From: Candidatus Harrisonbacteria bacterium | GTDB taxonomy: Bacteria > Patescibacteriota > Minisyncoccia > UBA6257 > UBA11618 | Assembly (NCBI GenBank): GCA_016867415.1 | Contig: VGJO01000002.1 | Span: forward strand, 118,472-182,471 | Direction of reading: 5' to 3' | DNA length: 64,000 nt | Shown: piece by piece, positions 29,934-38,880 of the stretch | Numbering within the stretch: the first letter of the stretch is position 1 | Layout of the letters: the number at the start of each line of letters is the position of its first letter | Made by a program: the position numbers and the translations under genes | The notes under the pieces: generated by a model | The model's database searches: none | What the model was told of the DNA's origin: nothing | What the model saw: only the letters and a program-made list of their open reading frames with translations

Positions 29934-31853
29934 CTAAAAAATTTCTACTCCATTCTTTGAAAGAGACTGGATGATATCCGACATTCTCCCGTCCACTTCT
30001 TCATTAGTAAGAGTTTTCTCCTTGCTCTGAAAATACATTCTATAAGTAAAAATACTCTTACCTTCCTTCTTATATTCATCTCTTTGATAAAAATCAGAGA
30101 GAAGCTCTCTCCCCGCTTTTATCATCTCTGACTCTAATTCTCCAAAAGAAACTTCCCTGGAAAGGGAAAAAGAAATATCTCGAAAAGTTACCGGGTACAC
30201 TGACTCCGCCTCATATTTCTTTTCGAAAGAAATGAAAGATAAAAGCCTCGTAAGACTAATTTCTCCGTATGCCACTCCTTCTGCATGCCCGACTACCCCT
30301 ACCACCTTCCCCTGCAAAGAGAGGAAAAGCTTATCATCTTTTTGTTCTTCTATAAGAGAAGAGGGAGAAATGTTTTTTATAATAGCTTGAAGTACTCCTT
30401 TCACTTCTCGAATTCCTTCTCGTTCGCGGGAGGAAGAGAAAAAAGTCGCCACAGTCTCCTCCTTCACTTTTCCTATATTTTTCACATACACATTTCCAAT
30501 TTCAAACATTCTCACTTGAGAAAAATCCTTCGCCGCTCTCTTTACCACCTCTTTCCCGAGAGTGATCAAAGTTTTTCTCCCACGCGCATACAAAGCCGCC
30601 GTCGGATTTTCTATTTTCACAGCTTCTCCCTCATCCCCTATCACTCCCCAATTCCCAGTCTCTTCCGCTTCTCGCTCTGAAACAAAGCTATGCGTCTTGA
30701 TCTCTTGATACGAAGTAGCGATTAATCGTTCTCGCACTACTCTTTCAAGCATATGAAGCCCCTCCTCTTCATTAGAAAATAAATAAACCTGTGGCGAAAT
30801 AAGAGAAAAGTTATTATATCCATAGATTCGCCCCACTTCCTCCGCCACGTCTTCAATCGTCTCAATATCTGTCCGAACACTCGGAACAATAATTTGTTTT
30901 CCGGAAAATCCGAATCCTGCATCCTGAAGAATCTTTTTCATTTCTTTGGGTGTAATCTCTACCCCTAAAATTTCCAAAATTCGATCCGGATCAAAAACTA
31001 TTTTCTTCGCTAATGCTTTTTTCGGATATGCATCAAAAGTCTTTCCAAGTTTTGCTCCTGTGATTTTGATAAGAAGATTAATCGCCATCTCCATACCCGC
31101 CCCTACAAGCTCAGCAGATAAGCCATGAGCAAATCGTGAAGAAGCATCCGTAATCACTCCCACTCGTCGGGCTGTTTCCCGCACCGTCGTCCCATCAAAA
31201 TTAGCCGCGGTAAGAACAATATCTTCAGTCTCTGCATTAATCTCTGCCCGCTCCCCGCCCTTAATTCCAGCAAGATCAAGCGCGCCTCTTGTATCAGCAA
31301 GCATTAATTCTCCTTTTTGGAAAAAAATTTGCTCTCCAGTGAGAAGCTTCACTTCTTCTCCTTGTTTCGCCTCTCGCACCACAATCTGTTTACCCTCCAT
31401 TTTTTGAAAATCAAAAGCATGCAAGGGCTGTCCAGTCATAAGCGTCACATAATTAGTAACATCGACCACATTATTAATCGGCCGCATCCCTGAGTGCAGT
31501 AAGACGTCCTGAAGCCACTTCGGCGAAGGACTAATCCTCACTCCTTCCATATACACAGTCATACACCGAGCGCACTTTTTAGTCTGAATAACGGCTTTAA
31601 CAGATCCCTTTTTTACTACTCGGACTTTCGTAAGCTTTTTCTCTTTCCAGCGCTTTCCGGCCGCCGCGTAAAGTTCTCGAGTAAGACCAAGATACGAAGC
31701 CGCATCATATCGATTAGGCAAAATCTTAATATCAATCGTATCTCCTACAATATCCTCCACTTCAAATAAATGTGTGGTCAGCCGCTCGCGTACATCTTCC
31801 GCCGATTTTACAAACGGCGCCATCTCTCTAATTTTTTGTATTGAAAATTTCAT
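29934..31853 (-). CDS. pheT: Phenylalanine--tRNA ligase beta subunit (short; lacks OB/B2 domain)
   Basis: PNRYD, INNVVDVTNY..L.TGQPLHAFD, R.DI...EDVAEEVGRIYGY, RDISF FDX-ACB domain. Confidence 0.97.
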   Translation of the reverse strand: MKFSIQKIREMAPFVKSAEDVRERLTTHLFEVEDIVGDTIDIKILPNRYDAASYLGLTRELYAAAGKRWKEKKLTKVRVVKKGSVKAVIQTKKCARCMTVYMEGVRISPSPKWLQDVLLHSGMRPINNVVDVTNYVTLMTGQPLHAFDFQKMEGKQIVVREAKQGEEVKLLTGEQIFFQKGELMLADTRGALDLAGIKGGERAEINAETEDIVLTAANFDGTTVRETARRVGVITDASSRFAHGLSAELVGAGMEMAINLLIKITGAKLGKTFDAYPKKALAKKIVFDPDRILEILGVEITPKEMKKILQDAGFGFSGKQIIVPSVRTDIETIEDVAEEVGRIYGYNNFSLISPQVYLFSNEEEGLHMLERVVRERLIATSYQEIKTHSFVSEREAEETGNWGVIGDEGEAVKIENPTAALYARGRKTLITLGKEVVKRAAKDFSQVRMFEIGNVYVKNIGKVKEETVATFFSSSREREGIREVKGVLQAIIKNISPSSLIEEQKDDKLFLSLQGKVVGVVGHAEGVAYGEISLTRLLSFISFEKKYEAESVYPVTFRDISFSLSREVSFGELESEMIKAGRELLSDFYQRDEYKKEGKSIFTYRMYFQSKEKTLTNEEVDGRMSDIIQSLSKNGVEIF

Positions 31854-31857
31854 AAGC

Positions 31858-32853
31858 TTACTTTAGTCGCATTTCTCCGCCAAATTGCTGGAGAAATTTC
31901 ATATCATTCTGATAGAAAAAACGAATATCCGGCACTCCATATTTCACCATCGCCAAACGCTCTACCCCAAGACCAAAAGCGAATCCCGAAATTCCTTTTG
32001 GATACTTCACTGCCTGGAATACTTTAGGATGCACTAGTCCCGCCCCGCCCATCTCAAGCCATCCCTTCCCCGGCAAATACACATCCACCTCAATCCCCGG
32101 CTCCACAAAAGGAAAATAACTCGGGCGAAATCTCGTCTTTATTTTTTGCCCGGAAAAAAATCGCTTAAAGAAAGCATCGAGAGTATAAAGGAGATTAGCC
32201 ATGCTCACTTTTTCTCCTACGAGCAGTCCCTCGGCCTGATGAAAATTAATTTCATGGGAAAAATCCGTCGCTTCATGACGAAATACCCGACCCACGGAAA
32301 TTATTTGAAACGGCGGCTCATTTTTTTCCATATAGCGAATTTGCACCGCCGAAGTCTGCGTCCGCATCAGTCTCCCCTCCTCCCGAGGCGCTACAAAAAG
32401 CGTATCCCACATTTCCCGTGCCGGATGATCCGCTGGAATATTAAGCGCGTCAAAATTATATCGTTCCGTTTCTATCTCCGGCCCCGCCACGGACAAAAAT
32501 CCAAATCCTTCAAAAATCCGTTCAATTTCCCGAATAGTCGTCGTAAGAAGATGCTCTCCTCCAGTCGGTACAGTTTTTCCCCGTCCGGTTAAGTCTAATA
32601 ATTCATCTTTAGCAAAATTCTTTTCCTGAATGGAAAGTAAACTTTCCACGGTGACTCGTAATTGCTGAAGAATTGGACCAACATCTCTCTTCTGATCGAC
32701 TGACAAACCTGGCAATCGTTTCATAAGCTCCGTAATCTTTCCCTCTTTCCGTCCCAGATAAAAAATTCGCGCTTGAGAAAGCTCTTCCGCTGTCTGAGCC
32801 GCCAAAATCCTTTCCTCCGCCTCCTTCAAGAGAGCTTCAACTTCCTCTTTCAT
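31858..32853 (-). CDS. pheS: Phenylalanine--tRNA ligase alpha subunit
   Basis: NFDALNIPADHPAR, RTQTS, RPSYFPFVEP, GFAFGLGVERL. Confidence 0.99.
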   Translation of the reverse strand: MKEEVEALLKEAEERILAAQTAEELSQARIFYLGRKEGKITELMKRLPGLSVDQKRDVGPILQQLRVTVESLLSIQEKNFAKDELLDLTGRGKTVPTGGEHLLTTTIREIERIFEGFGFLSVAGPEIETERYNFDALNIPADHPAREMWDTLFVAPREEGRLMRTQTSAVQIRYMEKNEPPFQIISVGRVFRHEATDFSHEINFHQAEGLLVGEKVSMANLLYTLDAFFKRFFSGQKIKTRFRPSYFPFVEPGIEVDVYLPGKGWLEMGGAGLVHPKVFQAVKYPKGISGFAFGLGVERLAMVKYGVPDIRFFYQNDMKFLQQFGGEMRLK

Positions 32854-32929
32854 AAGTAATAAAAAGATACCTTACTAACCAACAATTTTCAAAAAACATA
32901 ATAGTTGGTAAAAAATAATATTCGCTTAA

Positions 32930-33077
32930 AAGCGTAGAATTTTTTGTCCAGAGCTAAGAAGAAACGAGAATTAGGAGAAAGCATACGTAATCTGTATACC
33001 GTAGGTGCTAAGTAATCTCGGCATAAGACGACTAAACGGAATTTTAAAACCGCTCTGAACAAAAAAACAGCGAAAGC
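32930..33077. repeat. Diverged family-1-like long hairpin
   Basis: TTTTTTGTCCAGAGC/GCTCTGAACAAAAAA outer stem; CGAGA/TCTCG; AGCATAC..GTATAC core. Confidence 0.5.
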
Positions 33078-33081
33078 ATAT

Positions 33082-33113
33082 AAAAATCCCCCTGAGATAT
33101 TTCACTCAGGGGG
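33082..33113 (-). terminator. Intrinsic terminator
   Basis: CCCCCTGAG...CTCAGGGGG followed by ATTTTT on the minus strand. Confidence 0.8.
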
Positions 33114-33136
33114 CGGGACTTTCAAAATCCTCAGGT

Positions 33137-34039
33137 TCAGTGATTGTTTAAGATCTGGCTCGGCGTCTTCCCTTGGAAGGAAGACCGGGTCCGCGCCGTC
33201 GAGACTTTCATCTGCGGTTGTTGATACCGCATCTGAGGTTGCACAGTTCGCGGCGCCTGAGAGCCAACAGGGATTACCACCGCGCCCGCCAAGAATCGAT
33301 CTCGTTCTTCTCGAGAGACTTCGGTGCGAACACCGTTTCGCTCAATGAAGAACCGATCCTTACGAACCACCGCCACTTGATCACTCGAGCTTGGCTTCCG
33401 ACCCGGATACGGGCTAAAGGTCGGTTTCGCTTCCGGTTCTTGAACCTTCGGCGTCGAAAGCTTCGGTTGCTTCGGCGTGAGCTGAAGCTCCTGCACCGGC
33501 GGCTCCTCTTCACTGTCGAAGTTGAGCTCGAGTTCCTGCGAAGGCACGGACGGCGAAGCTACTGGTGCCTTCGCCTGCTGACTCTTCGATGCATTCGGCG
33601 GGGCTTGTCGCGTCACCTCCGGCGGTTCTTGCGAACCGCCATTAGTACCCGAAGCCTTCGACGCATTCTTCTGATCAAGGAGCTGTTTGATTCCAGCCAG
33701 CTCATCTGGATTGAGATCCCGAAGCAGAAGTGCTGCGGCCGATGATTGACCTTCTTGGATGAAGATCATATCGTGACTGGTGCCAGCCAGTTGCCGCTTG
33801 ATGGCAACCTTGATCTGATCCTCGAGCGGCAGTGCTTTGAACGCTTCCTCTGCCTTCCGCTGATCAGACTGCAAGACCGAGTCTTGACCTTCGCGCCGAC
33901 CCTGATTCAGAGCCTTTTCGCGAGCCGTCGCGACCGCCTCATCGACAGTCTTCTGGACATTCGGAGAGACGCAGTAAGCGATGATCGCCACAAGCACTCC
34001 GCCGAAAAAAACACCAACGAATTGCCAAAAATTCTTCAC
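33137..34039 (-). CDS. GC-rich membrane-anchored hypothetical protein with Pro/Gln/Ser-rich linker
   Basis: GTG start, N-terminal TM helix, 300 aa, own promoter and terminator. Confidence 0.75.
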   Translation of the reverse strand: MKNFWQFVGVFFGGVLVAIIAYCVSPNVQKTVDEAVATAREKALNQGRREGQDSVLQSDQRKAEEAFKALPLEDQIKVAIKRQLAGTSHDMIFIQEGQSSAAALLLRDLNPDELAGIKQLLDQKNASKASGTNGGSQEPPEVTRQAPPNASKSQQAKAPVASPSVPSQELELNFDSEEEPPVQELQLTPKQPKLSTPKVQEPEAKPTFSPYPGRKPSSSDQVAVVRKDRFFIERNGVRTEVSREERDRFLAGAVVIPVGSQAPRTVQPQMRYQQPQMKVSTARTRSSFQGKTPSQILNNH

Positions 34040-34115
34040 AGGGCACCTACTTTCGTTTTGAGGGAGTTTTTAAACTTCATTCATAGGGTTACTAAACATT
34101 CACCCTTTCTCTTAT

Positions 34116-34145
34116 ATTATAGCATACTAAATACACCAATGTCAA
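34116..34145 (-). promoter_or_regulatory. Sigma70 promoter with extended -10
   Basis: TTGACA-18 bp-(TGc)TATAAT. Confidence 0.75.
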
Positions 34146-34255
34146 TATATAGCCCAAAAACTATTAATAAAACCTGTAAAATAAGGATAATTTACAATTT
34201 TAATTGTGCGTAAACAGTCTATTTGTAAAAAATCTAATCCCAAGGGCCGCCTAGA

Positions 34256-34295
34256 AAATAAAACCGCTTTTTCTATAAAAAAGCGGATTTATTTT
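34256..34295. terminator. Terminator downstream of the tRNA-Met pair
   Basis: AAAATAAAACCGCTTTTT..AAAAAGCGGATTTATTTT. Confidence 0.65.
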
Positions 34296-34304
34296 CTTTT
34301 CGGG

Positions 34305-34463
34305 GTGGCTGGGGTGGGGAGTCTTACTACTCGAAACTTTTCTCATAAAGAAAAGTTTCTGCGTCCGTAAACCCCTCGGTTTACGATATCCGCCACGGAA
34401 AACTTCCGTTTCCCGACCCCTTCCCCTTCGACCCCCACCCCAGCATAAAAAAGCAAGCTTTTT
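34305..34463. repeat. tRNA-3'-end-derived element: one direct and one inverted copy of the tRNA-Met 3' end
   Basis: 34305-34319 = 34464-34478 (direct, 15 bp); 34427-34444 is the exact reverse complement of 34467-34484 (18 bp). Confidence 0.9.
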
Positions 34464-34464
34464 G

Positions 34465-34538
34465 TGGCTGGGGTGGGGGTCGAACCCACGACCTAGGGGT
34501 TATGATTCCCTCGCTCTAACCAACTGAGCTACCCAGCC
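34465..34538 (-). tRNA. tRNA-Met(CAT), probably elongator (Ile2 not excluded)
   Basis: GGCTGGG/CCCAGCC acceptor, GCTCAGTTGGTTAGAGC, ATCATAA loop, GGGTTCGACCCC. Confidence 0.9.
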
Positions 34539-34647
34539 TACTTCTACAGAGAATGTAAAGCTCATAATAGCTTATTTTCCGGCACTTTAAAAGATGTAAT
34601 CATTTTTCTTTACGTGACTACCTTAGCGTTTATACCTCCTATTCCGG

Positions 34648-34825
34648 AAAAGTAAAACGTATCCTTATTGCGACCTTCTGCAGAAAAGAAGCTTGGCTTT
34701 TTTGTGATATGCTTTTGTCTAGTTTTCTATCCTCAAAGGCATACCACAAAAAATTCTTTTCGAAGCCTGAATGAGAGCTCGCAGGAGCTTTCATGTGTCG
34801 TAATAAGGATATTTTTTACTTTTCC
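34648..34825. repeat. Family-2 core between the two tRNA-Met genes
   Basis: ATCCTTATTGCGAC/GTCGTAATAAGGAT outer stem; GAAGCCTGAATGAGAGCTCGCAGGAGCTTTCATGTGTC nearly identical to 57533-57570. Confidence 0.85.
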
Positions 34826-34835
34826 CCTCCCTTTG

Positions 34836-34907
34836 TTGCCGGGGTCGGATTTGAACCGACGACCTTCGGATTATGAGCCCGACGAGCTACCACTGCTCCA
34901 CCCGGCG
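34836..34907 (-). tRNA. Initiator tRNA-fMet(CAT)
   Basis: CGCCGGG start with C1:A72 mismatch, TGGAGCAG, TCGGG-CTCATAA-TCCGA, GGTTCAAATCC. Confidence 0.93.
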
Positions 34908-34958
34908 ATACTGAAAATTAACCTCCTAATTATATAAAGTTTTTAGAAAAAAGACAAG

Positions 34959-35663
34959 CTAAGCAAAAGCAATAATATCAGCAATTTCTCCTCTCAATGA
35001 TGCTCCCCCCACTAAAGTACCCTCAATAACACTTTCCTTTAAAAAATCTTCGGCATTGTTTTTGTCCACCGAACCTCCATACAAAAATTTCACTTTCGTA
35101 AAGTCTTTTTTTTCAACAACTTCCCGTAATCCTTCAATCACCTTTACTGCTCTTTCGGGCACATCCGCCTCCGCCCCAGCATTCGTCGAAATCGCCCACC
35201 ATGGCTCATACGCCACATGCATCTCCTTCTCCTCCAATCCCCGCAATTCAAAAAGTACTCGCTCTAAACTTTCTCTCACTATTCTTTCTCCCCCTCCCTT
35301 TTCCTTCTCCCCCACACAGATAATCGGCACCATCCCGGAAAAGATTACCGCTCGCGCCTTCTCCCCTACTTCTCTATCCGTCTCCCCCAAACGCCGCCGC
35401 TCACTATGCCCGATAATAATCGCTTTCACGCCAAGATCCTTAAGTTCCGTAGCGGTCACCTGTCCTGTCTGCCCCCCAGGCCTCGGAAGCGCTACGTCCT
35501 GTGCCGCCAAACTCGCCTTCTCTAAGGTCTCCCTCACCGCCTCAAGATACACAAACGGCGGCGCCACAAAGACAAATGGAAAATCACACTCCTTCGCGAG
35601 CCGTACTGCCTCCCGTCTTGTCCCAGGATTCGCCTTCCAATTCGCCACAATCACCTTCCCCAT
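34959..35663 (-). CDS. tpiA: Triosephosphate isomerase
   Basis: ANWK, IIGHSERR, AYEPWWAI, YGGSV, LVGGASL. Confidence 0.98.
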   Translation of the reverse strand: MGKVIVANWKANPGTRREAVRLAKECDFPFVFVAPPFVYLEAVRETLEKASLAAQDVALPRPGGQTGQVTATELKDLGVKAIIIGHSERRRLGETDREVGEKARAVIFSGMVPIICVGEKEKGGGERIVRESLERVLFELRGLEEKEMHVAYEPWWAISTNAGAEADVPERAVKVIEGLREVVEKKDFTKVKFLYGGSVDKNNAEDFLKESVIEGTLVGGASLRGEIADIIAFA

Positions 35664-35759
35664 ATTCCTTCCATCATTATATCACTTCAAAAAATCTTCC
35701 AGATTTTAAAAAATCATTTCCTCAGATTTTACAGATTAAATAAATATCCTCAGTTCCAT

Positions 35760-35882
35760 GAAGTAATTTTGAATAAAGTTTCGCGATTCTTTCCGAAGAG
35801 CCAAGGAAGCACTACTAAGAGCTGAGTATGTGAAGAGGTGCCATAGAAAAAACCGCGAAAATTCTCCAAAAGTACGAGCGCC
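35760..35882. repeat. Family-1 repeat abutting the pbp2 stop
   Basis: GAAGTAATTTTG..TTTCGCG...AGTATGTGA...CGCGAAA..CCAAAAGTACGAGCG. Confidence 0.85.
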
Positions 35883-37712
35883 TTAAGGTTTCCCAAACCG
35901 ATGAGCATACCACCAGCTAAATACTTGATGCGCTATCGGAATAGTGTTTAGACTCCCATCCTTTGAATCCTCGATTAAAACTAAAATCGCAATTTTCGGA
36001 TCTTCCGCTGGCGCATATCCCACAAAAAACGCATTAGTCTTTTTATTATTCTGAATCTGCGCGCTTCCCGTCTTTCCCGAAATCATCATTGGAATATTAT
36101 TCAGCAAATGTGCCGTCCCATATTCCTTCGTCACCGAATCCCGTAATCCTTTTTTTATCTCATAGATAAGCGGATAAAGATCCGAAAGATCCAAGGACAT
36201 TTTAGGCTCATGGAGCGCCGCAATATTTCCCCTCGCATCCGTCACCGACTTTCCCACAAACGGTACAAATTCCTTCCCATCATTTGCAATCATTGCAATC
36301 GATGAAATAAGCCGCAAAGGCGTAAGCGCCAAATCCCCCTGCCCAATGCTCACATTGTAGGTATCTCCAATCCGCCACGCCGATCCCGTCTTTTCTTCCT
36401 TTTCCTCCGGAGTATAAAAAAATCCTTTTCCCTCCGCCGGCAAATCCACTCCCGTCTTCTCCCCAAACTGAAATCTAGCCCACCATTCCTGAAGCTTCTT
36501 GATTCCCAGTCCCTTCGTCCGCTCAAATCCTCCTCCAACATAGTAAAAATAGACATTGCTCGAGCGGGCGAGCGCAGAATACAGATTTACCCAACCGTGC
36601 GGTTTCCAATCCAAAAATCGTGATGGCTTATCAGGAAAATATGGATTAGGAATTTCAATATGTCCTTTAGAATAAAATTCATCCGTCGTTTTCATCACTC
36701 CCTCCTTTAGCCCTGCAAGCGCCACAAAGGGTTTGTACGTTGACCCTGGTGAGTAGACTCCCGACAATGCCCGATTAAAAAGCGGCTGCCCGGAAGCACC
36801 CAGATACTTCGCCGGTTCATTATTGTTGTAAGATGGAAAATTAACTAAAGATAAAATCTCTCCCGTCTTGGGATTAATCGCTATCCCCACTCCGGCCGTG
36901 CGTGAGAGTCTCGTAAGTCCTTCCTGAAATGCCTTATAAAATACCCGCTGTAATGGTGCGTCAATCGTAGTCACCAAATCATGTCCCAACTCCGACTTTT
37001 GCGTCACTGTCTCCGAAAGGATCTTTCCCTTAACATCTCGAAACTTGGTAAAAATCCCATCCTTACCTTTAAGATCTTTATTATACTGTGCCTCCAGTCC
37101 CGTGTCCCCGACTATAAACTGCCCCGAATCATGGAGTCGAGTATAGCCCAAAACATGAGCAAATATCTCCGGGTCAAAATATTCTCGTTTATAATCATTC
37201 CGCACTCGGAGCGCCGGAAAAGAAAGTACCTTTGCTTCGAGCGCTTGCTCCACTGGTATATTATGAAGAAGCACCACTTCTCCCCCCTCACCTTTCTTAA
37301 ATTTTTCTATTTTTTCTCCCACTCCTTCTCCCGGAAAAATAAGCGCTAATATAGACAGCATTTCTCTTTGCTCCTCTTTCTTCATCTGAAAATAATCCGC
37401 CACCGATAGCGTCAAAGAAAAAGCCGGCGAATTCCGCAAAAGCGGCTCATGATTTCTATCATAAATAATTCCCCGAAGAGCTGGGGTCCGGATCTCTTTA
37501 TTGACATTTGATTCCGCCCGCACCCGATAATTTTCGCCTTGAATAACGGAAAAATAAAATACTCGCAAAAAAAGAAAAAAGATAAGCCCGCTTGTGGTAA
37601 GGAGCATGAATGAAAAAACTCTCTCCGAAATGCCTAATTCTATCCGGCCATAGCGCCTGTTTTCTTCAAAAAGAGCCTCATCAAAATCAATTTGTGGCTT
37701 TATATTCTTCAC
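35883..37712 (-). CDS. mrdA: Penicillin-binding protein 2
   Basis: RGIIYDRN, SxxK (STYK), SxN (SSN), KTG; follows mreBCD. Confidence 0.93.
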   Translation of the reverse strand: MKNIKPQIDFDEALFEENRRYGRIELGISERVFSFMLLTTSGLIFFLFLRVFYFSVIQGENYRVRAESNVNKEIRTPALRGIIYDRNHEPLLRNSPAFSLTLSVADYFQMKKEEQREMLSILALIFPGEGVGEKIEKFKKGEGGEVVLLHNIPVEQALEAKVLSFPALRVRNDYKREYFDPEIFAHVLGYTRLHDSGQFIVGDTGLEAQYNKDLKGKDGIFTKFRDVKGKILSETVTQKSELGHDLVTTIDAPLQRVFYKAFQEGLTRLSRTAGVGIAINPKTGEILSLVNFPSYNNNEPAKYLGASGQPLFNRALSGVYSPGSTYKPFVALAGLKEGVMKTTDEFYSKGHIEIPNPYFPDKPSRFLDWKPHGWVNLYSALARSSNVYFYYVGGGFERTKGLGIKKLQEWWARFQFGEKTGVDLPAEGKGFFYTPEEKEEKTGSAWRIGDTYNVSIGQGDLALTPLRLISSIAMIANDGKEFVPFVGKSVTDARGNIAALHEPKMSLDLSDLYPLIYEIKKGLRDSVTKEYGTAHLLNNIPMMISGKTGSAQIQNNKKTNAFFVGYAPAEDPKIAILVLIEDSKDGSLNTIPIAHQVFSWWYAHRFGKP

Positions 37713-38116
37713 GCGTTATGAATATTTCTCCCTATTATATAGAATATCTCTCCAAAAAAAACAAAAAGTAAAAAATCCCAAAAAGAGAGGGAAAAAGTTC
37801 CCAAAAGCACTCCCGCTCCTAGCAAAACAAAAAGTTGATTAAGCTCCGCTCGAAAAGGAAAATTTTTTTGAATGACATATGTCAAAATAACCATCAAAAA
37901 CAATATTCCCATAAAACGAATTTCAAACGGCGATGATAAAGAAAAGACCACTGAAAATGCATACAAAAGCATCGCGTCAAATAGATTAGGAAGAAGTGCT
38001 ACCAAAGCAAGAAGAAGAGGTACAAATACTGGCAAAGATTGATGAGAAAAAAAAGATACCGCCCAAATTTTTTGCAAAAAAGCGACCACAAAAAGAACTA
38101 TGATTGAATAAGCCAT
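37709..38116 (-). CDS. MreD-like membrane protein
   Basis: Fully hydrophobic 135 aa ORF between mreC and pbp2 (positional call). Confidence 0.6.
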   Translation of the reverse strand: MAYSIIVLFVVAFLQKIWAVSFFSHQSLPVFVPLLLALVALLPNLFDAMLLYAFSVVFSLSSPFEIRFMGILFLMVILTYVIQKNFPFRAELNQLFVLLGAGVLLGTFSLSFWDFLLFVFFGEIFYIIGRNIHNA

Positions 38117-38853
38117 ACTTCTGATATGTCTGCCATATCATATGGCAAGCGAAGTTTTGCCTCAAAAAAAAGCCCCTCTGTCGACTGAGCAAGTTCTGTA
38201 TCCACTTCTCCTATCTTCATCCCATAAGGCAAACCGCGCCCAGCAGTAAAAATAACATCTCCTGGCTTTATCTGCTTTTCCTTCTCTCCCAATACCATCT
38301 GTAATATTGGTTCTGGTCCGCTCTTTACAAGACCACTTCGCGCCGGCTCACCCACCCGAATTGGTATTTGCCACCCTGGTGAAAAGATAGTCTTTACGAC
38401 AGCATAATGCTTCTCGACCAATTGTACTACCCCCAAGAAAATCTCCCCGCCAATCGTCACCACCGCCCCCTCTTTTACTCCTGCTTTCTGCCCTGCTTGA
38501 ATGACTATGGTATTTATCTCGGGATAACCCGATCCGGCAAGCACTTTCGCCGGAAGCAAGTCGTTGGTAAATGCCAAAGTTGACGAGACAATATCTTCAA
38601 ACTGATTTGCCTTGAGTAGCGCAATCTCCGCTTTTAAAACCTCATTTTTTAAAAGTAACACCCGTTGCTCTCGCTCGGAAAGTGCTGGGGAAAAAATCCC
38701 ATAAAAAAAATATTTCACCTGCCCCACTCCCGTATTGAAAAAAGCCACCGCCCTATCCCGATGCAGCACAAAAAATTCTCCCGCTAAAAACCACAAGATA
38801 AAAATGATTGCCGTTGCTAAAAAAGACTTCATCTCTTTACCATAATTCTGCAC
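38098..38853 (-). CDS. mreC: Rod shape-determining protein MreC
   Basis: TM helix plus coiled coil, IQAGQKAGVKEG, GDVIFTAG..LPYGM.IG.V. Confidence 0.92.
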   Translation of the reverse strand: MQNYGKEMKSFLATAIIFILWFLAGEFFVLHRDRAVAFFNTGVGQVKYFFYGIFSPALSEREQRVLLLKNEVLKAEIALLKANQFEDIVSSTLAFTNDLLPAKVLAGSGYPEINTIVIQAGQKAGVKEGAVVTIGGEIFLGVVQLVEKHYAVVKTIFSPGWQIPIRVGEPARSGLVKSGPEPILQMVLGEKEKQIKPGDVIFTAGRGLPYGMKIGEVDTELAQSTEGLFFEAKLRLPYDMADISEVWLIQS

Positions 38854-38880
38854 TGTAAAGAACGATAATAGAAAATTATA

